Shown here: piece after piece, positions 20,388 through 31,240 of the stretch
How the letters are laid out: every line of letters begins with the position of its first letter
Position numbering within the stretch: the first letter of the stretch is position 1
NCBI GenBank assembly: GCA_963789955.1
Contig: CAWBMV010000034.1
Coordinates: forward strand, 736,001-800,000
Source of the DNA: an uncultured Candidatus Rokubacteria bacterium
GTDB taxonomy: Bacteria; Methylomirabilota; Methylomirabilia; Rokubacteriales; CSP1-6
DNA length: 64,000 nucleotides
Direction of reading: 5' to 3'
Position numbers and translations under genes: made by a program
The notes under the pieces: generated by a model
Databases searched by the model: none
What the model was told of the DNA's origin: nothing
What the model saw: the letters and a program-made list of their open reading frames with translations, nothing else

Positions 20388-21176
20388 ATGGGCACCCCAC
20401 AGGAGGCCAACATCAACATGATGACCACGGATCGGCGCCGGGTTCTGCCGGGGCCCGCTCAGCCGGGCCGCCAGCGCCTCGGACGGGTGCTCCTCGTCGA
20501 GGACGAGCAGGACGTCGCCGAGCTGATCCGCTACAACCTCACGAAGGAAGGCTACGACGTATTCCTGACCGCGAACGGAAATGACGCGCTCCGTCTGGCC
20601 CGTGAGCATCGTCCCGATGTGCTCCTGCTCGACATCATGGTCCCCCAGCTGAACGGCTGGGAGGTGTGCCGCCGGCTCAAGAAGGACCCCGACCTCGCGC
20701 AGATTCCCGTGATTATGGTCAGCGGCCGCGTCGAGGAAGGTGACAAGGTCCTCGGCTTCGAGGTCGGCGCCGACGACTACGTGACCAAGCCCTTCTCGCC
20801 CCGCGAGCTGATCGCCCGGATCCGTGCCGTGCTCCGTCGGGGCCGTCCGGCGGACGCGAAGGAAAAGAAGGCCAGCCTCAAGGTCGGCGATCTGGAGATC
20901 GACCGCTACCGCTTCGAGGTTCGGATGAAGGGACGCCAGGTCGAGCTCACCCCCAAGGAGTTCGAGCTCCTGGCCACCCTGGTCGGGACGCCCGGTCGCG
21001 TGTTCGGGCGCGAGGAGCTTCTCGACATGGTCTGGGGCCGCGACGGCTTCGTCGAGCCCCGGACGGTGGACGTGCACGTGGCGCGTCTGCGCGGGAAGTT
21101 CTCCGCCGCGAAGCTCGAAGAGCCCGGAATCGAGACCGTCAGAGGTGTCGGCTACCGCTTCAAGGACAAGCCGTAA
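20388..21176 (+). CDS. phoB: Phosphate regulon response regulator PhoB/PhoP (start uncertain)
   Basis: Receiver domain (VEDE, LDIM, KPFSPREL) plus winged helix (RTVDVHVARLR, TVRGVGY); directly upstream of the pst operon. Confidence 0.85.
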   Translation: MGTPQEANINMMTTDRRRVLPGPAQPGRQRLGRVLLVEDEQDVAELIRYNLTKEGYDVFLTANGNDALRLAREHRPDVLLLDIMVPQLNGWEVCRRLKKDPDLAQIPVIMVSGRVEEGDKVLGFEVGADDYVTKPFSPRELIARIRAVLRRGRPADAKEKKASLKVGDLEIDRYRFEVRMKGRQVELTPKEFELLATLVGTPGRVFGREELLDMVWGRDGFVEPRTVDVHVARLRGKFSAAKLEEPGIETVRGVGYRFKDKP

Positions 21177-21180
21177 TTCT

Positions 21181-21235
21181 CGTAGCAGATTCGTAACACC
21201 ACCGAAACCTTCACGCAACACCGGACTGTAACCAT
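21181..21235 (+). promoter_or_regulatory. Pho-box-like promoter of pstS
   Basis: CGTAGC(21181), CGTAAC(21192), CGAAAC(21203), CGCAAC(21214) at 11-bp period, then AACCAT(21230). Confidence 0.7.
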
Positions 21236-21259
21236 AGACACCGACTGAGGAGGAGAGAG

Positions 21260-22305
21260 ATGAAGACTGCGTGGATCACGGCCCTGACATTGCTCGTGAC
21301 GAGCGCGTTCGCGCAGCCGGCCGCGGCCCAGACCTTGATCAACGGCGCCGGCGCGACGTTCCCGTATCCGATCTATTCGAAGTGGTTCGACGAGTACACG
21401 AAGGTCGATCCGGAGGTGCGGTTCAACTACCAGTCGATCGGCAGCGGCGGCGGCATCAAGCAGGTGACCGCGCGCACGGTCGACTTCGGCGCGTCCGACG
21501 GGCCCATGAACGACGAGCAGCTGAAGGCGGCTGCGTCCGAGCTGCTGCACATCCCGACCGTCATCGGTGCGGTCGTCGCGACCTATAACCTGCCGGGCTC
21601 CCCGAAGCTCAAGCTCACCGGCGACGTGCTCGCGGACATCTTCCTCGGGAAGATCACGAAGTGGAACGATGCGAAGATCGCCGCGCTCAACGCCGGCGTG
21701 TCCTTGCCGGACAGCCGATCGTCGTCGTGCATCGCTCGGACGGAAGCGGCACCACCTACATCTGGGTGGACTACCTCTCGAAGATCAGCTCCGAGTGGGA
21801 GAAGAAGGTCGGCCGCGGCACGTCGGTGAACTGGCCGGTCGGGCTCGGCGGCAAGGGCAACGAAGGCGTCTCGGGCCAGGTGAAGAACCAGCCGGGCGCG
21901 ATCGGCTACGTCGAGCTCGCCTACGCGGTGAAGAACAATCTCCCGGTCGCCTCGGTGAAGAACGCGGCCGACAAGTTCGTCGCACCCTCGATCGCGTCCA
22001 CGACGGCGGCCGCGGCCGGCGCGGCCAAGAGCATGCCGGACGATTTCCGTGTCTCGCTCACGAACCCGCCCGGTGACGAGGCGTACCCGATCGCCAGCTT
22101 CACGTGGCTGCTGGTCTACAAGGACCAGCCGAACGAGCTGAAGGGACGGGCGATCGTCAAGTTCCTGTGGTGGATGAGCCACGACGGACAGAAGTACGCC
22201 GACGACCTGCTGTACGCTCCGCTGCCGACGCCGGTGGTGAAGCAGATCGAGGCCAAGATCAAGCAGATCACCTACCAGGGCAAACCTCTGCTGGCGGGCC
22301 GCTAG
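21260..22305 (+). CDS. pstS: Phosphate ABC transporter substrate-binding protein (frameshift near 21710)
   Basis: [44 protein letters not shown]. Confidence 0.95.
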
Positions 22306-22311
22306 CGCCAG

Positions 22312-23282
22312 ATGGCGGTCGTCGCGGCGGTTCAGCGGGTCGAAGCGCGGGCGGCGCCGAGGAACTTCGGCGACCAGATCCTGCGCTTCGTCATGCGGGG
22401 CGCCGCGCTGACGCTCGTTCTGCTCGTCGTCGCCATGATCGTGTCGATGCTCTATGCGGCGTGGCCCGCGATGCGAGCGTTCGGCTGGCGGTTCCTGGCG
22501 TCCTCGACGTGGGATCCGGTGGCCGAGCAGTTCGGCGCGCTGCCGTTCATGTACGGCACCCTGGTCTCGTCGCTTGCTCGCGCTGCTCATCGCCGTGCCG
22601 CTCGGCGATCGGCGCGGCCATCTTTCTCGCCGAGCTCGCGCCGGCGTGGATGCGCTCGCCGATCGCCTTCCTGGTCGAGCTGCTGGCGGCGATCCCGAGC
22701 GTGGTCTACGGGCTCTGGGGCATCTTCGTCCTGGCGCCCTTCCTGCGCGGTCTGGGTGCAACCTGCCCTCGGCAAGACGTTGGGGTTCCTACCGCTCTTC
22801 CAGGGCCCGCCGCACGGCGTCGGCATGCTGGCCGCGGGTATCATCCTGGCGATCATGATCGTGCCGTACATCACGTCGGTGAGCGCGTGAGGTGCTGCTG
22901 GCCGTGCCGAACACCCAGCGCGAGGCGGCGCTCGCGCTCGGCGCGACGCGCTGGGAGACGATCGCGCATCGCGGTCCTGCCTACGGCCGTTCCGGGCTCG
23001 TCGGCGCGATCCTGCTCGGTCTCGGGCGCGCGCTCGGCGAGACGATGGCGGTGACGATGGTCATCGGCAATCGCCCCGAGGTCGCGTTGTCGCTGTTCGC
23101 GCCGGGCTACACGATGGCCAGCGTCATCGCCAACGAGTTCGCCGAGGCGACGTCCGACCTCTATCTGGCGGCGCTGATCGAGATCGGCCTGCTGCTCTTC
23201 GCCGTCACCGTTGTCGTCAACGCGCTGGCGCGGCTGCTGGTATGGTCGCGTCGGCGGCCCGGTGAAGGTGGTGCGCGAGTGA
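22312..23282 (+). CDS. pstC: Phosphate ABC transporter permease (frameshifts)
   Basis: [40 protein letters not shown]. Confidence 0.92.
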
Positions 23283-24122
23283 CACCTCGGTCGCGTCGCG
23301 TCGTGAACGTCGTGATGTCGTGGCTGGCCGCCGCGGCCGCGGGCGTCGTCGTGCTCCCGCTGCTCCTGATCTTCGCGTTCCTGCTCTGGCAGGGCGCGTC
23401 GGCGGTGAACGTCGATTTCTTCACGCATCTGCCCAAGCCGGTGGGCGAGGTGGGCGGCGGCATGGCGAACGCGATCGTCGGCACCCTGATACTCCTCGCC
23501 CTGGCCGCGATCCTCGGTCTGCCGATCGGCATCCTCGGCGGTCTCTACCTCGCCGAGTCTCGCGACCGGCGGTTACCGTGGGTGGCGCGGTTTCTGGCCG
23601 ACGTGCTCAACGGCGTGCCGTCGATCGTGGTCGGTATCTTCGCCTACACGATCATCGTGCTGCCGATGCAGCGCTTCTCGGCGCTCGCCGGCGGCGTTCG
23701 CGCTGGCGGTGATCATGCTCCCGATCGTGGTGCGCACCAGCGAGGAGCTCGTGCGGCTGGTGCCGGCCTCGCTGCGCGAAGCCGGCCTGGCGCTCGGCAT
23801 CCCAGAGTGGAAGGTGCTGTTGCGCGTCGTCCTGCGGACCGCACGCGCGGGCATCATCACCGGCGTCATGGTGGCGGTCGCGCGCGTCGCCGGGGAGACG
23901 GCGCCGCTGCTGTTCACGGCCTTCGGCAACCGCTTCTGGCATCAAGGGCTCGATCAGCCGATCGCGTCGCTGCCGCTTCAGATCTTCACGTACGCGATCG
24001 CGCCGTACGACGACTGGCACCGCCAGGCCTGGGCGGGAGCACTCGTGCTCATCGGCCTGGTATTCGTGGTGAGCTTCGCGGCCCGCGTCGCTACGCGCGG
24101 CCGCTTCACGGGGGTAAGATAA
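23279..24122 (+). CDS. pstA: Phosphate ABC transporter permease (frameshift near 23700)
   Basis: [33 protein letters not shown]. Confidence 0.92.
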
Positions 24123-24125
24123 CGT

Positions 24126-24885
24126 ATGGCCGACGGGATCGTCGTCCGCGACCTCGAACGCGTGGTTCGGCAACGCGCACGTCCTGCACGGGATCGGCGT
24201 GACGTTCGCGCCGAAGGCCGTCACCGCGGTCATCGGTCCTTCCGGCTGCGGCAAGTCGACGTTCATCCGCTGCCTCAACCGCATGCACGAGGTCGTCCCC
24301 GGCGCGCGGGTGACCGGCAGCGTGCGGGTCGACGGCATGGACGTCTACGCGCCCGGCATCGATCCCGTGCAGGTCCGGCGCAAGATCGGCATGGTGTTCC
24401 AGAAGCCGAACCCGTTCCCGACCATGTCGATTTTCGACAACGTGGTGGCCGGTCTGCGGCTCGGCGGTGTCCGCGAGCGCTCGGTCCTGGACGAGGCCGC
24501 GGAACGGGCGCTCCGGCAGGCCGCGCTCTGGGACGAAGTGAAGGATCAGCTCGGCAAGTCGGGCGTGAGCCTCTCGGGCGGGCAGCAGCAGCGCGTGTGC
24601 ATCGCGCGTGCGCTGGCCGTCGAGCCCGAGGTGCTGCTGATGGACGAGCCGTGCTCGGCGCTCGATCCGATCGCGACCGCCAAGATCGAGGAGCTGATTC
24701 TCGAGCTACGGAGCACGCTCACGATCGTCATCGTCACCCACAATATGCAGCAGGCGGCGCGGGTGTCCGAGTCGACGGGCTTCTTCCTCCTCGGCGAGCT
24801 CGTCGAATTCGGCGTGACGCGACAGCTGTTCACGAATCCGCACGACAAACGGACCGAGGACTACATCACCGGCCGGTTCGGCTGA
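24126..24885 (+). CDS. pstB: Phosphate ABC transporter ATP-binding protein (N-terminal frameshift)
   Basis: [35 protein letters not shown]. Confidence 0.95.
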
Positions 24886-24899
24886 GAGCGGAGAACACT

Positions 24900-25556
24900 A
24901 TGCAGCGCCATTTTCACGAAGAGCTGGATGCCCTCAAGCAGACTCTGCTGGCCATGGGCGGCCTGGTCGAGGATCAGATCCGCCGCGTGATGCGCGCGCT
25001 CCTGGAGCGGGACAGCGATCTGGCCCAGGAGGTCATCGACCGTGACCGGCAGGTGAACGCCTACGACGTCGAGATCGACGAGAAGTGCGTGGAGCTGCTG
25101 GCGCTCCACCAGCCGGCCGCCGGCGACCTGCGATTCATCACGACCGCGATGAAGATCGTGACCGATCTGGAGCGCATCGGTGATCAGGCGGTCAACATCG
25201 CCCAGCGGACGATCGAGCTGAATCCGGAGCCCCAGCTCAAGCCGTACGTGGATCTGCCGCGAATGGCGGAGAAGGCCCAGCGGATGGTGAAGGAGAGCCT
25301 CGACGCGTTCGTCAGCCGTGACACGGAGCTCGCGCGCCGGGTCTGTGGCGAGGACGCCGACGTCGACGCGCTCAAGGAGCAGATCTTCCGGGAGCTCCTG
25401 ACCTATATGATGGAAGATCCGAAGACGATCCCCCGCGCCATCCGGCTCATCCTGGTCTCGCGCTTCCTCGAGCGCGTGGCCGACCACGCGACCAACATCG
25501 CCGAGATGGTGGTCTACCTGGTCGAGAGCAAGATGGTTCGCCACATGCTCGCGTAA
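24900..25556 (+). CDS. phoU: Phosphate signalling protein PhoU
   Basis: QPAAGDLR, DLERIGD, LERVADHATNIAE. Confidence 0.95.
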   Translation: MQRHFHEELDALKQTLLAMGGLVEDQIRRVMRALLERDSDLAQEVIDRDRQVNAYDVEIDEKCVELLALHQPAAGDLRFITTAMKIVTDLERIGDQAVNIAQRTIELNPEPQLKPYVDLPRMAEKAQRMVKESLDAFVSRDTELARRVCGEDADVDALKEQIFRELLTYMMEDPKTIPRAIRLILVSRFLERVADHATNIAEMVVYLVESKMVRHMLA

Positions 25557-25570
25557 CGCCGCCGCGACGC

Positions 25571-26002
25571 TCAGTCGCGCAGGACCAGAGTCGGAACCGG
25601 CGCCTCCTGGATCACGCGATCCACCACTCCCGGGCGCAGCGCGGCCGCCAGACGGTTCCGACGGCTGGTCGCGAGCGCCACCAGATCGGCGTTGAAGGCC
25701 TCGGCCTCGAGCCGGATCTCGTCCGCCGGCTCGCCGAACCGCACGACGCGTTCGACCGGGATGCCCTCGAGCTCGGCTTCCACGTGGGCGAGCTCGTCCA
25801 GACCGAGCGCCGTCAGTCGCGCCATCTCCTGATCCACGTACGCCACCGTACGACCCTCGGGGGTGACCACATGCTCCGGAACCGGGAACACTTTCAGCAG
25901 GCGGACCGTCGAGCCGGCGCCGCGCGCGAGCGCCGCGACAGTCGGAACGATCGTCGTGCTTTCCTCACTACCGTCGATAGGTGTCAAGATTCTCTTGGCC
26001 AT
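25571..26002 (-). CDS. Universal stress protein
   Basis: KRILTPIDGS, FGEPADEI, ADLVAL, APVPTLV. Confidence 0.85.
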   Translation of the reverse strand: MAKRILTPIDGSEESTTIVPTVAALARGAGSTVRLLKVFPVPEHVVTPEGRTVAYVDQEMARLTALGLDELAHVEAELEGIPVERVVRFGEPADEIRLEAEAFNADLVALATSRRNRLAAALRPGVVDRVIQEAPVPTLVLRD

Positions 26003-26291
26003 CGTCTTCGTCCTCCCATTCCGCTTCATCATCACAGTGATTAGGAGGCCGGAGCCCGGGTCAGCGATTCTCCCGACGGGCACGCGGCAGAATCTTTTCA
26101 TCCCCGGAGGACATCTGAACATCTGCGGCGGTGTGTACCGGCGGCGGTCGTCGCGAGCGAATCCGGAAACCTCGGCACGCCCGGCCGGCCTGTTCAGTTT
26201 CTGAGCGTCGGATGGCTGTCATCCCACCATCCCTGACGCTGGCGAACCCTGCGCCGGCCTTGATTTACGGACATTTGGGCGACACCTGGCC

Positions 26292-26729
26292 GTGGTGCAT
26301 CGTTTGCACGACCATGAGGTCGTGCGCATTCTCAGGAAACGGCGTGAGACCCCGGAGGAGGCTCGGCAACGGCGGCTCTGCCGCCTGATGCTCGGGCTGC
26401 CGCCCGAGACCGTGTACCACCACGTGCGCGAAGGCGTGATCACGGTCGCCGGGCTCGGTCTCGTCCTCGTCGTGATGATCGCGTGGCGGATGGGCCAGCT
26501 CGCGACGCTCGCGCCGATTCTCTTCAGCGGGGCGCTGCTCGCGATGCTCACCCCTACAGTTCTCATGGTCCGGCGCCGTTATCGTCACGTCCTCGCCGCG
26601 GTGCTCGTGCTCGCGATGCTGCTCGGGCTGCTCGCGGCGGCGGTCCATCGCTACGGCTATCCGGCGACGCTCGCGCTCGTCGTCGGTCCGACTCCATCGG
26701 CAGTCGCCGACGCCGTCTCCCCGCGCTGA
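26292..26729 (+). CDS. Hypothetical membrane protein
   Basis: About three hydrophobic segments; start uncertain. Confidence 0.5.
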   Translation: MVHRLHDHEVVRILRKRRETPEEARQRRLCRLMLGLPPETVYHHVREGVITVAGLGLVLVVMIAWRMGQLATLAPILFSGALLAMLTPTVLMVRRRYRHVLAAVLVLAMLLGLLAAAVHRYGYPATLALVVGPTPSAVADAVSPR

Positions 26730-26785
26730 GCCGGCAGTCCGATCGGGCTCGTCGACGGTCCGCACGCCTGTGTTAGCCTCTGGGC

Positions 26786-27839
26786 ATGTCGCCGGCCGAC
26801 CCGGATCTCGACGCTGACGCGATCGAAAGCCTCTTCGCCCGCGGCGTCACCGACGGCCTCCCGGTCGTGCCGCCGACCCGACGCCTGGTCGAGCGAGCGA
26901 TCGCGGCGTCGGGGCGCGCCGCCGACGAGCTGATCGCGCTCGTCCCGCCCAATTACGGCCGCGCGACCGTCGAGAAGATCGCGATCAACGCGGTCATGGC
27001 CGGATGCCGCCCGGAGTACCTGCCGGTCGTGCTCGCTGCGATCGACGCGATCTGTGACGAAGCGTTCGACCTGCACGGCGTGTCGGCGACGACGAACGCG
27101 CCGTCGCCGCTCGTGATCGTCAACGGCCCGATCCGCGCGGAGCTCGAGATCAACTCCGGGGCGGGCGTGTTCGGCCCGGGCTGGCGGGCCAATGCGACGA
27201 TCGGCCGGGCGGTGAGGCTGGTGTGTGTGAACCTCGGCGGGGCGAAGCCGGGCGACGTCAGCATGTCGACGCTCGCCCATCCCGGGCGCTACGCGTATTG
27301 CATCGGCGAGCACGAAGAAGAGAGTCCGTGGGAGTCGTTGGCGGTCGAGCACGGGTTCGCGTCCGACGAGAGCACCGTCGCGCTCCTCGCTGCCGACGCG
27401 CCGCTCGGTGTCTACGCGCAGCGCAGCCGTACTCCCGATGACCTCATGCCGACGATTGCCGCGAGCATGGCCGTGATCTCCCATCACCGGATGACGCACT
27501 GGGGGGACACCTTGCTGCGTGCTCTCGCCGGAACACGCGAAGATCCTCGGCGACGCCGGCTGGAAGAAGGCCGACGTTCGCCGCTGGCTCCACGAGCGAC
27601 TGCAGTGGCCGGTGCGCGAGCTCATTCCCGGGCGCGACGGAGGCGAGGGCCTGCCCGCGCACGTGCTCGGGAAGTATCGCGATCCGGATCGCGAGACCAC
27701 GCGGATCCCGAAGTTTCGCGCGCCCGAGCACATCAAGGTCATGGTCGCCGGGGGCACCGCCGGACGGTTTTCCGCGATCGTGCCGGGCTGGACGTTCTCG
27801 AAGGGCTCGAATCTCGTCTTCAGGAGGATCGACCGATGA
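26786..27839 (+). CDS. Conserved protein typically associated or fused with UGSC (seleno)proteins (frameshift near 27520)
   Basis: GVTDGLPVVPPT, TVEKIAINAVMAGCRPEYLPVV, RANATIGRA motifs. Confidence 0.75.
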
Positions 27840-28354
27840 CCGAGTATCTCGATCCGACCGATTCGGTCGCCGTGCCCCGCAAGACGGCGTCACGTCCCGT
27901 GAGCCTCGACGGCAAGGTCATCACCTTGCTCGACATCTCGAAGGCGCAGGGCAATCACCTGCTGGACCGGCTCGAAGAGCTGCTGCGCGAGCGCACGGGG
28001 GCGAAGGCTATCGTCCGGAAGAAGAAGCCGACCTTCGCGCGCCCCGCGCCCGACGCGCTCCGCAAGGAGATCGTCGGCGCCACCGACGTCCTCGTCGAGG
28101 GACTCGCCGACTGAGGGTCGTGTACAACGTGCAGTGTGCACGACGGCGTGTTCTTCGAAGACAACGGTGTCCCGGTGGCGACGGTGATCTCGTCCGAGTT
28201 CGTCCGAGCCGCGCGCGCGCAGGCGGATGCGCTCGGCGCCGCCGACTATCGGACGGTCGTGGTGGCGCACCCGATTCAGCCGCTCACCCGCGAAGAGGTG
28301 AGGGCGCTCGCCGACCGCGCGTTCGACGAGATCGTCAGGAGAATCACGGCGTGA
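27836..28354 (+). CDS. UGSC-family selenoprotein (TGA 28112-28114 read as Sec)
   Basis: Continuous frame ...GLAD-TGA-GSCTTCSVHD...HPIQ; downstream stem-loop. Confidence 0.85.
28117..28144 (+). promoter_or_regulatory. Bacterial SECIS-like hairpin
   Basis: GTCGTGTAA-type arm GTCGTGTACA pairs with TGTGCACGAC (one G-U) around ACGTGCAG, starting 3 nt after the in-frame TGA. Confidence 0.65.
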
Positions 28355-28405
28355 CGGCGCCGCGAATCCCGGCCGCGGTGGGGGCCGCGGCCGAGGACTG
28401 ACGCG

Positions 28406-29191
28406 ATGCTCGTCGGCGCGTTCGCGTGCGCCCACACGCCCCAGCTGCTGGCCCGGCCCGGGACCGAGGACCGCGACCTCGTCCTGCGCGTCCATGCGGC
28501 CTTCGCGCGGGTCAAGCGCCGGCTCGAAGCGCTCCGCGCCGACGCCATCGCGATCGTGGCCGGCGACCACGTCGAAGCGTTCTTTCTCGACGCCGTGCCG
28601 GCGCTCGCCGTCTACGTCGGCCGCGAGTGCGCGGGAACGTTCGGACACTATCGCTACCGGTTCCCGATCCACGAGCCGCTGGCGCGGGCCGTCGTCGAGC
28701 AGGGCGTCGAGCGCGGCTTCGACCTCTTCTATACGCAGCACGCGCCGCTCGACTACGCGTTCTACGTCCCGTTGCACTTCACGATGCCCGAGCCGGCGGT
28801 GCCGATCGTCCCGCTCCACGTGAACGTCTATCTCCCGCCTCAACCCACGCCGCGTCGCTGCTACGAGTGGGGCCGGGCGCTCGGCGAGATACTCCGATCG
28901 CGGCCGGAGCGAGTCGCCCTGATGGCGTCGGGCGGCATGTCCCACTTTCCGGGCACCGATCGCTACGCCTCGCCGGAGTTCGAGTACGACCGCCGGCTGC
29001 TCGAGTCGCTGAAAGCGGGACACGGTCGGGAGCTGGCGGCGATCACCGGCGAAGAGCTCGACAAGATGGGCAACATCGAGCTCAGGACCTGGGCGACCTT
29101 GCTCGGCGCCGTCGGCGACGCCAGGGCGGACGTCTACTGCTACGAGCCCTCGTGGCATCACGGCAACGCGGTCGTCGAGTGGCCGGTGTGA
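28406..29191 (+). CDS. Extradiol ring-cleavage dioxygenase, LigB-like (class III) subunit
   Basis: AHTPQL, GDHVEAFF, MASGGMSH, GNIELRTW. Confidence 0.85.
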   Translation: MLVGAFACAHTPQLLARPGTEDRDLVLRVHAAFARVKRRLEALRADAIAIVAGDHVEAFFLDAVPALAVYVGRECAGTFGHYRYRFPIHEPLARAVVEQGVERGFDLFYTQHAPLDYAFYVPLHFTMPEPAVPIVPLHVNVYLPPQPTPRRCYEWGRALGEILRSRPERVALMASGGMSHFPGTDRYASPEFEYDRRLLESLKAGHGRELAAITGEELDKMGNIELRTWATLLGAVGDARADVYCYEPSWHHGNAVVEWPV

Positions 29192-29466
29192 ACGATCAGC
29201 CTCACTACCGATTCCCGCCGGCCTCGGCCTATCGGCTCAACCGCTGCCTCTTCGCGCTCAAGTCCGACGACGCGTTTCGTGCGCGGTTTCTGAAGGACGC
29301 GCCCGCCGCGATGGGCGAGCTTGAGCTCGATGCCGAGGACGCCGCGGCGGTTCTTCGGGGCGATCGCGACGCGCTCCTGGCCCGCGGGGCGCACCCGTAT
29401 CTCGTCTTCATGGCGGACCTGCGACTCCGCATGGAGCGCGAGCCCGTCTCGTTCGAGTTTTTCTAG
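29188..29466 (+). CDS. LigA-like small dioxygenase subunit
   Basis: YRLNRCLFAL..FRARF..LLARGAHPYLV; GTGA-coupled to the ligB-like gene. Confidence 0.75.
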   Translation: MNDQPHYRFPPASAYRLNRCLFALKSDDAFRARFLKDAPAAMGELELDAEDAAAVLRGDRDALLARGAHPYLVFMADLRLRMEREPVSFEFF

Positions 29467-29572
29467 TCTCGACCCGGCTCCCGATCTTCTCCGAGGAGGA
29501 TGCGATGGCGCCGCTGGGAGTTCCTGCTCACCGTCGCGCCGCTGCGCTTGCAGCACACGACGGGCTCGCCGG

Positions 29573-29929
29573 TCAACCCGATCGCGTTGTTCTGATCGGT
29601 CGGTTCGGCGCGGCCCGCGTCACGCCGATCCGCGACTTGATGCGGGCGCGGACGGCCAGCTCTGCTTTCGCCGTGCGCTGGACTCGGCGGAGCGCGGCTT
29701 GTTTGAGCTCGCCCGACGGAACCTCGCCGAACACTCGGATGGTGACGGGCGATCCCCTCCAGAGCGGCACTCGCACGGTCGCCGTGAGTGGCAGCTCGAA
29801 CAATTCGGGGTCGCCGCCGAGCGCGTCGGAGATGACGCCCTTGACCGCGACGACCTCGCCGTCGCGCTTGAGCCGCAAGTCGAGGATCTTGGCGATCAGG
29901 CCGATGAGGAGCAAGAGGCCGGCGGCCAC
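29573..29929 (-). CDS. Hypothetical membrane-anchored protein
   Basis: N-terminal hydrophobic segment plus small alpha/beta domain; start uncertain. Confidence 0.5.
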   Translation of the reverse strand: MAAGLLLLIGLIAKILDLRLKRDGEVVAVKGVISDALGGDPELFELPLTATVRVPLWRGSPVTIRVFGEVPSGELKQAALRRVQRTAKAELAVRARIKSRIGVTRAAPNRPIRTTRSG

Positions 29930-30229
29930 GATCAGAAGGACCGTGACGCGGCCCTCGAGTCGGCCGAAGTGACCCCAATCCGCCGAGCCCCCCGCGGTCT
30001 GCGCCCACGGCGCGCCGCGCCAACACGAGCACGAGCGCTATCAGGGTAATGGCTGAAGCCGAAGCAGATCGAGCCGGAGGACCGGGTCTTCCGTTCTTCC
30101 ACGTGGTCCAGGGGAGGCAAGGTCGGTGCCAGGCCGGAAATGCCGAAATCAGCGCAGGATGCGGAGCGCCACACCTGTCGCGTCGTTGACGCCGACGTAA
30201 AACTTACATGCTTTCGTGAATTTACTTCG

Positions 30230-31240
30230 CTAGCTCGACAGAAACTTCAGGAGCACTTTCTGGCCGAGCAGCCGGATCGAGCGGAGGACTTTTTCCTGGT
30301 CCATGCCCGGCCACTGGACGCGGAAGATCATGGTCGTGACGCCGAGCCGCTCTCGACAGCGGGCGATCTCTTCGACCACGCGCGCCGGGTCGCCGATGAT
30401 GAACCGGTCGCGCGCGAGCTCGCCAAAGCTCGCGTCGAATCTTTCGCCGGGCGGCAGCGCCTTGTCCTGCTCCCAGCGGCGGTACGCGCCGTACTTCGGT
30501 CCGATGAGCGCCGCCGCTTCCGCGAAGGCGGTCGCGGTGTCGGGCGCCACATAGCATTCCTTGATCAGCGGCGTCTCGATGGCCGGCGGACGTCCGAGCT
30601 CGTGTCGCGTTCGGCGAAAGAGCTCGAGCTGGCGCTCGAGCGTCGCCATGGTGGCGTGCGGATTCATCAGCCACGCGTCGCCCAGCCGCGCGGCGCGCCG
30701 AACGCCGCCGTCGCTGTTGGCGGCCAGCCACACCGGCGGCCGGGGGCTCTGCAGCGGGCGCATCGAGATCCGCGTCGATTGCAGCTTGAAGTGTTTCCCG
30801 TCGTAGTTGACCGGCTCGCCGCTCCACAGCCGCTCGACCACCTCGAGCCCCTCGACCAGGCGGCTGACCCGATCTTTGGGATCCTGTCCGAGCGCGCGAT
30901 TCTCGACGTCGCGGTAGCCGAGGCCGACGCCGAAGACCAGACGACCGTCGGAGATGACGTCGAGGGTCGCCAGCTGCTCGGCGATCTCGACGGGATGATG
31001 CAGGGGCAGCAGGAGGACGCCGGTGCCGAGGATCATGCCGCGCGCGTCGGCGGCGAGGCGCGCGAGCGTCGGGATCGGCTGGAAGTAGGTGAACGGATCG
31101 GAGAGATAGTGCTGGCTCGCCCAGATCGAGCTGAAGCCCACGGCGCGCGCGAGCCGCACCTGCTCGACGTGCTCGCGGAAGCGAACGGCCTGCGGCTCCT
31201 CCGGCAGATGCTGAACGGAGAGCCCCAGGCCGAATTTCAC
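30230..31240 (-). CDS. LLM-class flavin-dependent oxidoreductase
   Basis: GFSSIWASQHY, HPVEIAEQLATLDVISDGRLVFGVGLGYR, RRAARLGDAW. Confidence 0.9.
   Translation of the reverse strand: MKFGLGLSVQHLPEEPQAVRFREHVEQVRLARAVGFSSIWASQHYLSDPFTYFQPIPTLARLAADARGMILGTGVLLLPLHHPVEIAEQLATLDVISDGRLVFGVGLGYRDVENRALGQDPKDRVSRLVEGLEVVERLWSGEPVNYDGKHFKLQSTRISMRPLQSPRPPVWLAANSDGGVRRAARLGDAWLMNPHATMATLERQLELFRRTRHELGRPPAIETPLIKECYVAPDTATAFAEAAALIGPKYGAYRRWEQDKALPPGERFDASFGELARDRFIIGDPARVVEEIARCRERLGVTTMIFRVQWPGMDQEKVLRSIRLLGQKVLLKFLSS

Noticed and set aside
22892..25556. Apparent PstC-PstA and PstB-PhoU fusion ORFs
   Set aside because: These are frameshift and frame-sharing artefacts; separate starts exist at 23279 and 24900.
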